Positions 8,954 to 18,454 of a stretch of DNA of 32,000 nucleotides are shown here, piece by piece (position 1 is the stretch's first letter; each line of letters opens with the position of its first letter). A model generated the notes under the pieces. The model made no database searches, was not told the DNA's origin, and saw nothing but the letters and a program-made list of their open reading frames with translations. The stretch comes from Promethearchaeota archaeon. Lineage in GTDB: Archaea > Asgardarchaeota > Thorarchaeia > Thorarchaeales > Thorarchaeaceae. The stretch lies in contig JALVPN010000165.1 of assembly GCA_027031765.1 (NCBI GenBank), positions 30,001 to 62,000 on the forward strand, read 5' to 3'. The translations under genes were made by a program, and so were the position numbers.

Positions 8954-10108
8954 CTATCTCTTCCGTCCGCGTCTGCGTCCCCCCATCCCTGGTGTTCGCC
9001 TATGCCGGCGCATGAGCCGTTCCTCTCTCTTCCTCTCCCGTGCTGCCTTCTCCTGACGAGAACAGTTAATCCTTGCAGCGCGCCCCAGTCCCATGACGCG
9101 TGCCGCGTCCTCCTCGTCACCCCGCTGCCTGTAGAGCTTCCTGGCCCGTTCCCACGCCTCTGCAGCACCACAGAAATCGCTCAGTCGTGCGAGGGCATGT
9201 CCGAGTGCATCGAAGACATCAGGGTCCTTGCGCGTGATACTACTGAGCCGCTCCCAGATGGCTGCCGCCTCTGCCCAGTCCTGCAACTCCATGTAGGTGG
9301 CCCCCAGGTATCGCAGGGCCGTGACATTCTTCTTGTTGCGGACAAGGGCCCGTTTGAAGTGTACGACCGCCTCTTCCAAGTTCCCTGCACCGTGCTCCAC
9401 GCGGCCCATTGTGACCTCAATGGTGGCATCCTCAGGGTCTATCTCTGCAGCCCTCCTGAGCGCCTTCATAGCGGCCCGGTAGCGTTCCGCCCGCCTGTTC
9501 ACCTCTCCAAGCGTCAGCCATACCTGTTTCGAGTCGGGTGCAGCCTTTGTTGCCGCTTCTGCGGTCTTGACGGCGTCCCGCCAGCGCTCCATCAGTGTGA
9601 GGACAATCGCCTTGTGGAGCATCGCTGGCACTAGGCCCGGGTCGAGTCCGAGGGCCTTGTCAAAGGAGCTGACCGCGTCGGCCAGTCTGCCACGGCCCGT
9701 ATGGATCTCACCAATCCGCAGCCAGAGCATGGGGCTGTCACCACGCCTCCTCACGAGCTCCTGCAGGCACTCCAGCTCCTCATCAGTCCGGCCAAGCACT
9801 TTCAGAGCTGCTGCCCGGTCTACAAGTATGTCCGTATTGTCCGGCGAAAGCCTGAGTGCAGTGGTGAACTCGTCGAGTGCGTGGGCTGCCCTGTCAGGCC
9901 CGAGGGCCAAGAGGATCCGCCCCCTGTTGACATGCGCCTCCACAAGGGACGGGTCCAGTCGTACTGCCTGGTCAAGGCATCGCAGCGCCTCGCCGTAGTC
10001 ACCACTCTCTGCAAGGAGAACTGCCTTGGCATTCCACGCCCTTGCATCTTTGGGGTGCTCTCTGAGGTGCTGTTCCAGAGTACTAAGTCTGTCTTCTGTG
10101 GGGCTCAA
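8954..10108 (-). CDS. TPR-repeat protein with basic C-terminal tail
   Basis: Consecutive 34-aa TPR units (AWNAKAVLL..G.Y.EAL.CLDQAVRLDP; LWLRIGEI...G...AV..FDKAL.LDP). Start placed at TTG 10108. Confidence 0.9.
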   Translation of the reverse strand: MSPTEDRLSTLEQHLREHPKDARAWNAKAVLLAESGDYGEALRCLDQAVRLDPSLVEAHVNRGRILLALGPDRAAHALDEFTTALRLSPDNTDILVDRAAALKVLGRTDEELECLQELVRRRGDSPMLWLRIGEIHTGRGRLADAVSSFDKALGLDPGLVPAMLHKAIVLTLMERWRDAVKTAEAATKAAPDSKQVWLTLGEVNRRAERYRAAMKALRRAAEIDPEDATIEVTMGRVEHGAGNLEEAVVHFKRALVRNKKNVTALRYLGATYMELQDWAEAAAIWERLSSITRKDPDVFDALGHALARLSDFCGAAEAWERARKLYRQRGDEEDAARVMGLGRAARINCSRQEKAARERKREERLMRRHRRTPGMGGRRRGRKR

Positions 10109-10211
10109 TACGGGTCGGTGTGTGCACCGGGACTGGGCATATGAAGGTTGAGTTGCCCCCGGGCACACGGCACTCAGAAGTACTAAAAGGTGTGGTGACA
10201 CGGGGCACAAG

Positions 10212-10946
10212 ATGAATCACGCCTCCTCCCGTCTACTGACACTCGCGACCGTACTGTTCGTGACAGCTGTGTCCCCCGTCCTTGCGCAGGGCCCCTCACT
10301 GTACTGGGCCATCAGTGTGGGTGATGAGTTCACATTTGTCCTCCAGCGGAAGTACGTCGACCCCATGTTTGAGGAGCGGTTGGACGAGTTCGCACCCTTT
10401 GTGACGCGTCTGGATGAGGGGCAGAAGGTCATTGCACATGTTGACGGCCTGGCCGAAATCCCCTCCAATATCTCAGAGCCCTCTCAGGTGCCCAAGTCCA
10501 ATTGTAGCCTCATCAGGGTCAACGACTCTGAGGTGATTGCCCATAACCTGACACTCATTGCCATCCCTATCGGCACTTGGGACTTGGCACATGGCGCTAC
10601 CGGGAACAGCTCGGACGACGGGAATGACAGGCTCACATTTGCGACGACCGAGTCTGAAACGGAGTGGCAGACCCTGCTCACGGGGGACTTCTGGGTCTTC
10701 CTCCTCCACATCACGTTCCGGATGGACACCACATACTCAAAACTCGACGGTGTGCTGAACAGCATTGGTGTCCAGGTCGAGATGAGCGGGAACGACTTCC
10801 TGGATGTACGTTTCACCCGCTACAGCCCCGGTGTACCGACTACCCTGCCGGCGGATGTGCAGCTCCTGACAGTCGCCATTGTTGGGGTTGCGGCAGTGGT
10901 CGTCCTGTCCGCCGGGCTGTTCCTGTACCGCCGCAGGGCCGGATGA
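10212..10946 (+). CDS. Secreted, C-terminally anchored surface protein (paralog 1)
   Basis: Signal peptide (VLFVTAVSPVLA-QG), C-terminal TM followed by YRRRAG. Shares motifs with 11011..11757. Confidence 0.8.
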   Translation: MNHASSRLLTLATVLFVTAVSPVLAQGPSLYWAISVGDEFTFVLQRKYVDPMFEERLDEFAPFVTRLDEGQKVIAHVDGLAEIPSNISEPSQVPKSNCSLIRVNDSEVIAHNLTLIAIPIGTWDLAHGATGNSSDDGNDRLTFATTESETEWQTLLTGDFWVFLLHITFRMDTTYSKLDGVLNSIGVQVEMSGNDFLDVRFTRYSPGVPTTLPADVQLLTVAIVGVAAVVVLSAGLFLYRRRAG

Positions 10947-11010
10947 GGGCATGCACAGCTTTTTCTTGTCGTTTGTACTGAGTCCCGTTCCAGACTCCCG
11001 GGGTGATCCG

Positions 11011-11757
11011 ATGCGTTTGTTCCGTCTTGTGTGGGCACCCATCCTGCTCATGCTCCTCATGTTGCCTGTGCAGCAGGCCTGCTCCCAGACCCCTCACTCA
11101 CTGCACTGGGGCGTGTCTGCAGGTCAGGAGCAGAGGTACGTGCTGCAACGCAAGTTTGCCGACCGCGAGGTCATACCATACCTGGCCTCATTCATCCCCG
11201 TTGTCAGTGTGATTGATGAAGGGCAGACCTTTACAGTCAGGTTCACCTCGTTCGACAACATCCCACCGTCCTTCAACGCCATTAACGGTACTCCACGCGC
11301 ATATTGCAATGTCATCCGTGAGAATGACACTCAGACCGTGCTGCGCAATGTCACCGGTTTTGCAGTGCCCTGTGGGGACTGGGAGTATCTCGAGCACGCC
11401 CTGAACCTCACCGACCAGCCCGGCATCACGCTGATTAACGAGTCCGACACCTGGGGCTACATCGCATCCGGTGCTCATCCCGCGAGTCCGGAGATTTCCA
11501 TATACAATGAGGTGCGGTTCGACAAGTCCAACGGCACACTGGTGTTCCTGCGCTGGCGCTTCACAGGTGCCGGGACAACCCTTACGGACATTGTGATTGC
11601 GCGCTGGTACCCCGGCATCCCCACAGTCCTCCCCATGGGCATTGACCTCGCCCCTATCATCCTTGGCGTCATAGGGATTTCACTTGCAGCAGTCTGTGGT
11701 GTGCTGGCATACCGTGGGTTCAGGAGACCCTCATTGATGGAACGGCTCGGACGGTAA
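11011..11757 (+). CDS. Secreted, C-terminally anchored surface protein (paralog 2)
   Basis: GGTGA SD before ATG 11011, signal peptide, shared motifs SL.W..S.G.E...VLQRK..D, DEGQ, R.ND, P.G.W and PG.PT.LP, then a C-terminal TM with a basic tail. Confidence 0.8.
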   Translation: MRLFRLVWAPILLMLLMLPVQQACSQTPHSLHWGVSAGQEQRYVLQRKFADREVIPYLASFIPVVSVIDEGQTFTVRFTSFDNIPPSFNAINGTPRAYCNVIRENDTQTVLRNVTGFAVPCGDWEYLEHALNLTDQPGITLINESDTWGYIASGAHPASPEISIYNEVRFDKSNGTLVFLRWRFTGAGTTLTDIVIARWYPGIPTVLPMGIDLAPIILGVIGISLAAVCGVLAYRGFRRPSLMERLGR

Positions 11758-11861
11758 TGCTGTTGTTGTCAGGGTGTGGTTGTAGGTGTCGTCCTCGTTC
11801 CACCCGGAACAGCTCGGACGGTAGTGCTGTTGTCATTGTCGACCACAGGAGGTGATAAGAG

Positions 11862-12203
11862 ATGAGTCCGGTCGCTGATGCGCGCAGGGTGGAGTGTCGT
11901 GAGGGCAGCTCGGAGGTGCACCTCTCTGTAGGCGAGTACTTCTACTTCGAGTTCGGCCGTCACTGTTCCGTAGGCGAGGACACAGAGTTCTCCATCTTGG
12001 ACCCGGACATTGTGGTACTGGTAAGGACAGAGGTCGAGTACCTCCATCCCGAGCGCCTGGGTACTGGGATCATAGGGGCGGACGAAGAGCGTGGCAGGTG
12101 GTACTTCAGGGCCGTCCGCCAGGGCACGACCAAGGTGGTGTTCCGCTACCTCTTTCGGGGCGATGTTGACTTTGAGTGCACCCTCCATGTCCATGTCCAC
12201 TAG
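11862..12203 (+). CDS. Chagasin/I42 protease-inhibitor-like Ig-fold protein
   Basis: L.VGE.F pattern, G........W.F.A...G.T.V.F.Y pattern and 113-aa length all match my recollection of I42. The NPTTGY loop is divergent (HCSVGE). No signal peptide. Confidence 0.55.
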   Translation: MSPVADARRVECREGSSEVHLSVGEYFYFEFGRHCSVGEDTEFSILDPDIVVLVRTEVEYLHPERLGTGIIGADEERGRWYFRAVRQGTTKVVFRYLFRGDVDFECTLHVHVH

Positions 12204-12303
12204 CGGCTGTCACCTGCCCTCCCAGCGGTCAACCATCATCAATGAGCCAGTGGGAGCGGGTTAGTTCTCCGTCCCGCGTGTACGTAGCTGGCTGCTGTGG
12301 ATG

Positions 12304-12798
12304 CTACTTCTTGATACCGTAGTAGGTATACATGTCAACAGGAAGCCCCGCGAGCTTGAGGTACACCCATAGCTGCATCTTGTGCATTGCCATGTGGGTG
12401 ATTATCTCAGGGAAATAGTCGCCCCAACTCTTCTCGGCTCCAGTCTCATAGAAGGGCCGGAGATTCTCCTTGAGGAACTCGGTATCTGACATCTTGCTGA
12501 AGTAGTCAATGACATGCTTCACGCCGTCATCGAAGACCTTCAGCATGCCGTTCACATCCTCGCTCCGAAGGCCACTCTCCATCTCTTGTGCCTGTTCGGG
12601 AGTTGCAACCTCACTCGTGTAGACAGCCGTGTCCATGCGGGGGATTTGTGCGAGATGGTTGGCCACCTCAATCAGACTTCGCATTCCATCAGCAGGGCAG
12701 AAGTTCAAGTCTGCGTCCGCTGCCGTCGCTAGAACAAACCTTGCCTGTTGTGCCTCATGCCTGAACGCTCTCAGGAAGGTTTCTACGAGCTCACTCAC
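12304..12798 (-). CDS. DinB/YfiT family metal-binding four-helix protein
   Basis: NHLA and HMAMHKMQLWVYLKLAG His-triad pattern. Strong SD GGAGGTGA before GTG 12798. Confidence 0.85.
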   Translation of the reverse strand: MSELVETFLRAFRHEAQQARFVLATAADADLNFCPADGMRSLIEVANHLAQIPRMDTAVYTSEVATPEQAQEMESGLRSEDVNGMLKVFDDGVKHVIDYFSKMSDTEFLKENLRPFYETGAEKSWGDYFPEIITHMAMHKMQLWVYLKLAGLPVDMYTYYGIKK

Positions 12799-13034
12799 CG
12801 CTTCACCTCCAGTCAGTCCGGCCGGGCCACTCAAATCGCCACTGCCGACCGGCATACGGGGTTCTATTAGCTGGTCGGGCTAGAAAAGACGTTGGGTGTG
12901 AGCAGCAATGTGTATGCACAGTCCGGAAACCATGGAAATCCACGCAGCGCTGCCTCTACCCCTCCTCAACAATACACGCTTTCTCACGGCACAAGTCCTC
13001 GCTGTGGCAGCAGTTTCATGCGATACTGACAGTA

Positions 13035-13865
13035 ATGTTCCGTGAGAACCAAGAGTTCCCATTCACTTTATCACTCTCAACAAGACTGCTAGGGCGGGCA
13101 TCGACATTGAACCAAGGGCGAAAGGGCATCAACTACGACCGCATAGCGGAGGTCTACGATCAGACTCGTTCAGGGAACCTGGAGATGGTACGCCTAATCA
13201 TCGACGGCGCCCCGCTCACTGCCGGGGCCCTCGTATTGGATGTGGGTTGTGGCACGGGGAACAACACCATCTTGTTTGCTGGGCGAACGGACGCCAGGGT
13301 GGTGGGAGTCGACATCTCAGCAGGCATGATAAAGAGAGCACGGGAGAAGTCAGCAGGACTTGCACTGGTCCAGGGGAACGCAGAGAGCCTGCCGTTCAGA
13401 GGGGGTGTCTTTGACCTCTCATTCATGACTGAGGTGATACATCTTCTTGACCATCCCTTCAATGTTCTGTCCCAGGTCTATCGAGTGCTTGCCCCTGGTG
13501 GAAGACTGTGCATCGTGACCCAGTCGCATGAACAGATTGACCGGCGAATGACATCTAGGTTCTTTCCTGCAAGTGCAGAGATTGACAAGCAGAGGTTCCC
13601 GCCTGTGCCTGAGCTCTGCGAGATGCTCCAGCGCATTGGCTTCTCGGGTGTAGAATCACAGACATACAAGTTCCCGGAGCAGAGGATTGGAAAGGAGTTC
13701 CTTCAGACCGTGAGGAAGAGGGGGTTCTCAATGCTCCACAAGATTGGACGACAGGCCTACGAGAAGGGGGTTCGTGAACTCGAACAGGTTCTGTCAGAGG
13801 GCACCATCCTCACGTACGTGCCCGAATACACATTCGTGTGGGCCCAACGAGAGCAGCGTCGATAA
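13035..13865 (+). CDS. Class I SAM-dependent methyltransferase (type 11 / UbiE-like)
   Basis: YDRIAEVYD, VLDVGCGTG, VGVDISAGM, GNAESLPF and RVLAPGG motifs. The start may lie slightly downstream. Confidence 0.9.
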   Translation: MFRENQEFPFTLSLSTRLLGRASTLNQGRKGINYDRIAEVYDQTRSGNLEMVRLIIDGAPLTAGALVLDVGCGTGNNTILFAGRTDARVVGVDISAGMIKRAREKSAGLALVQGNAESLPFRGGVFDLSFMTEVIHLLDHPFNVLSQVYRVLAPGGRLCIVTQSHEQIDRRMTSRFFPASAEIDKQRFPPVPELCEMLQRIGFSGVESQTYKFPEQRIGKEFLQTVRKRGFSMLHKIGRQAYEKGVRELEQVLSEGTILTYVPEYTFVWAQREQRR

Positions 13866-13939
13866 CCCGTACTACCCGGGCCTTGAAGATATGAGGGGCC
13901 CCGGTCCCCACTGTGCAGGCTCGTAGAGTCAATGCTAGA

Positions 13940-14014
13940 TCCTTCCATGGGAGGTTTCCAACCCTTGAAGCCACGGTATGCCAGAAAGCCACAGACTACA
14001 GCAAGGCACACTCC
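13940..14014 (-). pseudogene. Relic of the C-terminal TM segment of a surface-protein paralog
   Basis: Encodes GVCLAVVCGFLAYRGFK versus GISLAAVCGVLAYRGFR at 11674-11724; 39/51 nt identical by my count. No homologous upstream coding sequence was seen. Confidence 0.55.
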
Positions 14015-14225
14015 CTGCTCGGCACGCCCCTGACATGCACGGTGAGATACGTTTCCCGTCGTCAACGTCGGTCAGTCGGTCGGCTACAGTCGCCCTCGTG
14101 GGTGAGTGGCCCGTCCCCTGCTAGGTGTTGTCGCGACGTGGTCTGGATGCACCATGTGCTGTGTATGTGCAAAAATAGTTGGCAGCTGCGCCGCAGAGGC
14201 CAGTCCCCTGAGGCGCATTTGCCAG

Positions 14226-14978
14226 TTACCTGCAACGTTCACGCAGCAGGTCTCTTATCTCTCTCAGCACAACGAGTACCTCGTTGTCCACCGCGCCGGT
14301 GCTCTGTCCGGCCGGTCTCTCGGCGGGTGGCACAAGCTCGGTGGTCGTCACATAGGGGTGTGTTATCTTCCGGAGTTCCCGGAGGATGAAGTCACGCACC
14401 TCCATGTAGTATGGGATTCCCTCAATGTTCTCCTCAGGACGTGCCCCTGCCTGGGCGCCGCCAGAGTACCCTGCAGTCTGTATCTCGACACAGCCGATGC
14501 CGAACATCCTGTCGAACGGCCCGGCCCGCGAACTGATGTTCGTAATCGTCCTGAAGGGGACGTGCTTCTCTGTGATGTTGATAATCCCCTTCCGGACATA
14601 GATCTCCGGCATGGTCTCGCCTGTTTCACTCCTCACACTGTACTCAATCGAGTTGACGTACAGTGGCACTGCAATCACACCCGGGACTAGCCACACAGCA
14701 TGGACGACCCAGACTATGAGGTTTGCCAGCACGAAGTAGTCGGCGATGTACTGCCAGTACTCCATGACAGTCAGCCCATTGTCCATCGCGGCCCCGTAGG
14801 CAATCCCCATCCATGCAAGGATGAGTATCGTCCACGTGACCACCGCGGCAGAGGCCATCTGAAACCACAGCTTGTTCCTGAATGCCTTGGTAGGTCTGAA
14901 GACCTTACCACTCGCAATCTTCTCCATTGGAGGTCGGATTACCTTCTCTTCAGTCTTGGTACCCACCTTCCCTCTCAT
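14226..14978 (-). CDS. Membrane protein with bacterial PH (bPH_2, YdbS-like) domain
   Basis: Two TMs followed by EIYVRKGIINITEKHVPFRTITNIS...GPFDRMFGIGCVEIQTAG. ATG 14927 is an alternative start. Confidence 0.8.
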   Translation of the reverse strand: MRGKVGTKTEEKVIRPPMEKIASGKVFRPTKAFRNKLWFQMASAAVVTWTILILAWMGIAYGAAMDNGLTVMEYWQYIADYFVLANLIVWVVHAVWLVPGVIAVPLYVNSIEYSVRSETGETMPEIYVRKGIINITEKHVPFRTITNISSRAGPFDRMFGIGCVEIQTAGYSGGAQAGARPEENIEGIPYYMEVRDFILRELRKITHPYVTTTELVPPAERPAGQSTGAVDNEVLVVLREIRDLLRERCR

Positions 14979-15537
14979 CCCCTTTCTTCCGTCTCTTGTA
15001 ACGAGGAATCTCCTTTGCGGCCAGCCTGTAGAAGATCACGGTCGACTGTCGGGTCATCGGCAGTCCGGCCTGGTCTTCCCGGAGAGTAATACCGTACTCC
15101 TCCATTATCTTGTCGAGGACATCACGGCACTCGCTCTCCTTCGGGCACTCGGCACACAACTTACCTGCGTACGAGTGGTGAGTGTACCACACTACGACCT
15201 GTTGCAGTGTGAATACGATGTAGACCTGGGACGCAGTCTGGTAGTCGAAGCCAATGAGGAGCCCGTTGTAGTCCTGGATGCTCTCTACATCAAGCCTGTG
15301 GCTCTCAGCATGTTGTGTAAGTGTCTTCCTGATCTTCTCCCTGGCCCTGTTCAGCACCCTTGACACGTACGCTCCATCGTTGAACTGGAGCTGCTTTGAC
15401 GGTGGCTGCCCCATCAGCTCTGCAACGTATGGCGGTATTGTGGCTGGTCTCGAGTACTTCTCGGCAATCTCACTGGTCGAGAGTCCGTGTTGGAACTCCC
15501 ACCAGACGACTGCTTCATGTAACGACAGGACTGTCAT
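14950..15537 (-). CDS. Archaeal HTH (sigma70-r4-like) transcription regulator with C-terminal Cys cluster
   Basis: GLSTSEIAEKY...YVSRVLNRAREKI HTH with an insertion; VWYTH...CAECPKESEC putative metal site. Confidence 0.68.
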   Translation of the reverse strand: MTVLSLHEAVVWWEFQHGLSTSEIAEKYSRPATIPPYVAELMGQPPSKQLQFNDGAYVSRVLNRAREKIRKTLTQHAESHRLDVESIQDYNGLLIGFDYQTASQVYIVFTLQQVVVWYTHHSYAGKLCAECPKESECRDVLDKIMEEYGITLREDQAGLPMTRQSTVIFYRLAAKEIPRYKRRKKGDEREGGYQD

Positions 15538-15771
15538 TGGCGATTCCTCGTCACCTCTTCACACATAGACTCCCCACATTCACTAATAAATCTTTACCCT
15601 GTGGCGGTAAACATTTGTGTCCGACTCACGTGTCACCGCCACCCTCCGTGCTATCTTGGACATGTTCCAGAGAACCGCGCCCACAGGCCGTCTGGCAGGC
15701 TCGGGAGTGGGTGTTGTTCGCCCCGTCCTGTACCCGTCTGTTCCGGTGCCGTGTGCGAAAAACTCTTATTC

Positions 15772-15798
15772 AATGTTTACAAATATCTGGTAAACATT
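15772..15798. promoter_or_regulatory. Inverted repeat operator candidate AATGTTTAC-N9-GTAAACATT
   Basis: Perfect 9-bp arms ending 9 nt before the ABC ATPase ATG, in the divergent intergenic region shared with the HTH regulator. Confidence 0.55.
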
Positions 15799-15806
15799 TT
15801 GGAGTC

Positions 15807-16583
15807 ATGACTATGGACTCGGCCTCCTATGTTGTTGAAACGGACAGACTGAACAAAGTGTTTGATGGTATACACGCAGTCAGAGACCTCGACCTCCGTG
15901 TGTCATCTGGTGGACGTTTTGGCCTGCTTGGTCCCAACGGTGCTGGCAAGACGACTACTGTACGCATGTTGTCAGGCCTACTACTGCCCACGAGCGGGAA
16001 CGCCAGGGTCTGTGGGCTTGACATCTACAAGCAGCGCGACGAGGTCAAGGCGGTCACAGGTCTCCTCCCTGAGACCCCCGGCCTATACTCCAAACTCACC
16101 GCCGTGGAGTTCCTGGAGTTCATAGGCTCTCTAAATGGGATGAGTGGCGAGATCCTGAGGAAACGGATTGACCGGCTCCTTTCAGTCCTCGGCCTCGAAG
16201 ACCGTCAGGACGACCTCCTTGAGTCGTACTCTTCAGGGATGAAGCAGAAGGTGCTGGTCGCATCGACAATCCTCCATGAGCCGAGGCTCGTGTTCCTCGA
16301 CGAGCCCACCGCACGCCTCGACCCGGCAGCCAGCGTGCTTGTCAAGGACCTGATCCTCGCGCTGTCGGAGGACACTGGTACGAGCTTCTTCATCTGCACC
16401 CACATGACCTCATTTGCAGAGGATGTGTGTGACACCATCGGGGTCTTGAACAATGGGGAGCTCGTGACGGTGGGCCCGCCACAAGAGATCATAGAGTCTA
16501 CCGGCTCGGAAGACCTTGAAGAGGCATACCTGAAGATAGTCGGTGGTAAGGTCGACCGCGAGTCGCTGCTGGACTGGAGGTAG
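15807..16583 (+). CDS. ABC-2 type exporter ATP-binding subunit
   Basis: GPNGAGKT, YSSGMKQK, VFLDEPT and ICTH motifs. ATG 15807 or 15813. Confidence 0.95.
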   Translation: MTMDSASYVVETDRLNKVFDGIHAVRDLDLRVSSGGRFGLLGPNGAGKTTTVRMLSGLLLPTSGNARVCGLDIYKQRDEVKAVTGLLPETPGLYSKLTAVEFLEFIGSLNGMSGEILRKRIDRLLSVLGLEDRQDDLLESYSSGMKQKVLVASTILHEPRLVFLDEPTARLDPAASVLVKDLILALSEDTGTSFFICTHMTSFAEDVCDTIGVLNNGELVTVGPPQEIIESTGSEDLEEAYLKIVGGKVDRESLLDWR

Positions 16584-16589
16584 CGGACT

Positions 16590-18266
16590 GTGCCACGCAA
16601 CTGGCTGCACATTGCACGGGCCGAGTTCTATGTCCTGACTGCAAGCCTGCGTCCACACCGACTGCGTGCCGTCGTCATGCTATACGCAATCGGAGTCCTG
16701 TGGGCGGTCTGGGCTGCACCGGCAGTCACTGAGTGGTTTCTCAGCAGCATCGTCCCCCTGGACCAGTTGCGCCCACTGCTGATAGTCCTGGTACCCGGGC
16801 TCATCCGGTCTGCCGTTGTTGTGGTGTGGTTGATGCTGTTCCTGTTCCCACTGTCCTATGCGCTCCAGGAGATTAAGGTGGGACAATGGGAGATCCTCCT
16901 CTCGAACAACGTGCGCACACGCGACATACTGCTGGGTACGTTCCTGGGCATGACCCCCGTATATGGGTTCGTCACACTCGTCCTCGCCCCCCTGCTCGTC
17001 GCACCGGTCGTTGTCATATTTGATGTCAGCCCATTGGGGTCCATACTGATGTATACACTGCTGTTCGCATCGGCGCTCCTCGCAATATGGCTGTCCAACT
17101 TTGTGATTGCGGTGGTACAGTCCAAGCTTGGTGACTCTCCACGTGGCAATGACCTTGCAAAGGCCCTCGCCCTGGTGGTCGCACTCGTTGCACTCGGGCC
17201 ATTCTATGGCCTGATGTATTTCGCGCCGGCGATGTCCGAAGTCCTCAGTATGGATGTGTTCTTGGTGTTGCCGTTCTCGTGGATGGCCGACCTGCTGACA
17301 TGGGTTGCCATCTCCTTCAGTGGTGCGACCATCGCCGCCCCCCAGATGACGGCAATCCGCAGTGTCCTCGTCCTGGAGCCTGCTGTGCTCGCAGTCCTCT
17401 CTGGTGCGTTCTTTGTCCTCTGCATTGGAGTGGCACTGGCTGCTGCCGACCGCGTGTTCACAATCAGTGCCGGTGCCAGGACGGAGGTGGTCACGACAAT
17501 ACGTGGTGAGAACTTCTTCCTGCGTGGCATCCGACGGCTCTTTGCTGGGCCGTTCGGAGTACTGGTCGTGTGCAGTTTCAAGGACTTCTTCAGGAAGGCA
17601 CAGAACCTCTCGAAGGTCTTCTACAGCGTTGTCCTGGCCGTGTTGCTCCCCGTCCTCATGCTCACGACAATGGATGAGGGGCCTAGGCCCGACGTCGGTG
17701 AGATGGTGATGTTCTTGGGCACACTGTTCACCATGACAGGAGTGGTCCCCTTCGTGGGAGTGTCCTTCCTTGAGAGCCGTGACCAGCTCTGGACTATTCA
17801 GAGCAGTCCCTCGGGTGCCCAACGTTTTGTCATTGCAAGGCTTGTCACATTCGTACTCACGCTTGTCGTCATCTGTACGGTGCCTGCTGTTGCTTTCGGC
17901 ATAATCCTTGGCCTCGGCCCACTCGGTACCCTCGGGATGTACCTGTACATAGTGACCGTTGCATCTGGGGGTGCAATGGTCGCGACCGGGATCACGGCAA
18001 GGAACCCCGACTACGAGGACACCAAGTCTGCGGCCCATCAGACCAACACAATGCTCTCTATCTTCATCCCCATGATTGCAGTGGTCTTCCCGCTGCTGCT
18101 GATGCTTGTTTCCCTCATAATGGGGGTGGGCGATGAGTTCTTGGCGGCTATTGGACCTGAGAACATCGGCCTCTTCGTGATGCTGTCCGGCTCGGCATCA
18201 GTTGTGGTGACTGGTCTGGTGGTCGTCCTCATTGGGGTCCGGTCTCTCGCGGCCCCTGACAAGTGA
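16590..18266 (+). CDS. ABC exporter permease (about 12 TM, two fused halves)
   Basis: 558-aa hydrophobic ORF starting 7 nt after the ATPase stop. Confidence 0.85.
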   Translation: MPRNWLHIARAEFYVLTASLRPHRLRAVVMLYAIGVLWAVWAAPAVTEWFLSSIVPLDQLRPLLIVLVPGLIRSAVVVVWLMLFLFPLSYALQEIKVGQWEILLSNNVRTRDILLGTFLGMTPVYGFVTLVLAPLLVAPVVVIFDVSPLGSILMYTLLFASALLAIWLSNFVIAVVQSKLGDSPRGNDLAKALALVVALVALGPFYGLMYFAPAMSEVLSMDVFLVLPFSWMADLLTWVAISFSGATIAAPQMTAIRSVLVLEPAVLAVLSGAFFVLCIGVALAAADRVFTISAGARTEVVTTIRGENFFLRGIRRLFAGPFGVLVVCSFKDFFRKAQNLSKVFYSVVLAVLLPVLMLTTMDEGPRPDVGEMVMFLGTLFTMTGVVPFVGVSFLESRDQLWTIQSSPSGAQRFVIARLVTFVLTLVVICTVPAVAFGIILGLGPLGTLGMYLYIVTVASGGAMVATGITARNPDYEDTKSAAHQTNTMLSIFIPMIAVVFPLLLMLVSLIMGVGDEFLAAIGPENIGLFVMLSGSASVVVTGLVVVLIGVRSLAAPDK

Positions 18267-18454
18267 GGTGTGTCACTGCAAGGTGCATACCAGACGCAAC
18301 GGCCAGCATGTCTGGTGGGTGTCCATGGTTCCGGCCCGGCCTTGACTTGACTGGCCAATGACCTCGTCAGCTCGTCCGCCCACACCCGCTGCTCGCGCTC
18401 CCGACAGCCGTGTCCCAAGTGATGGGGGTGGTGTGGGCCGGCAATCCGGCCGTT

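Noticed and set aside
8717-9634. Long plus-strand ORF (305 aa), and similar long shadows such as 16680..18038, 1958..2704, 3874..4539 and the 5' extension 6641..7057
   Set aside because: These are antisense or overlapping shadows of well-supported genes in GC-rich DNA and carry no motifs.
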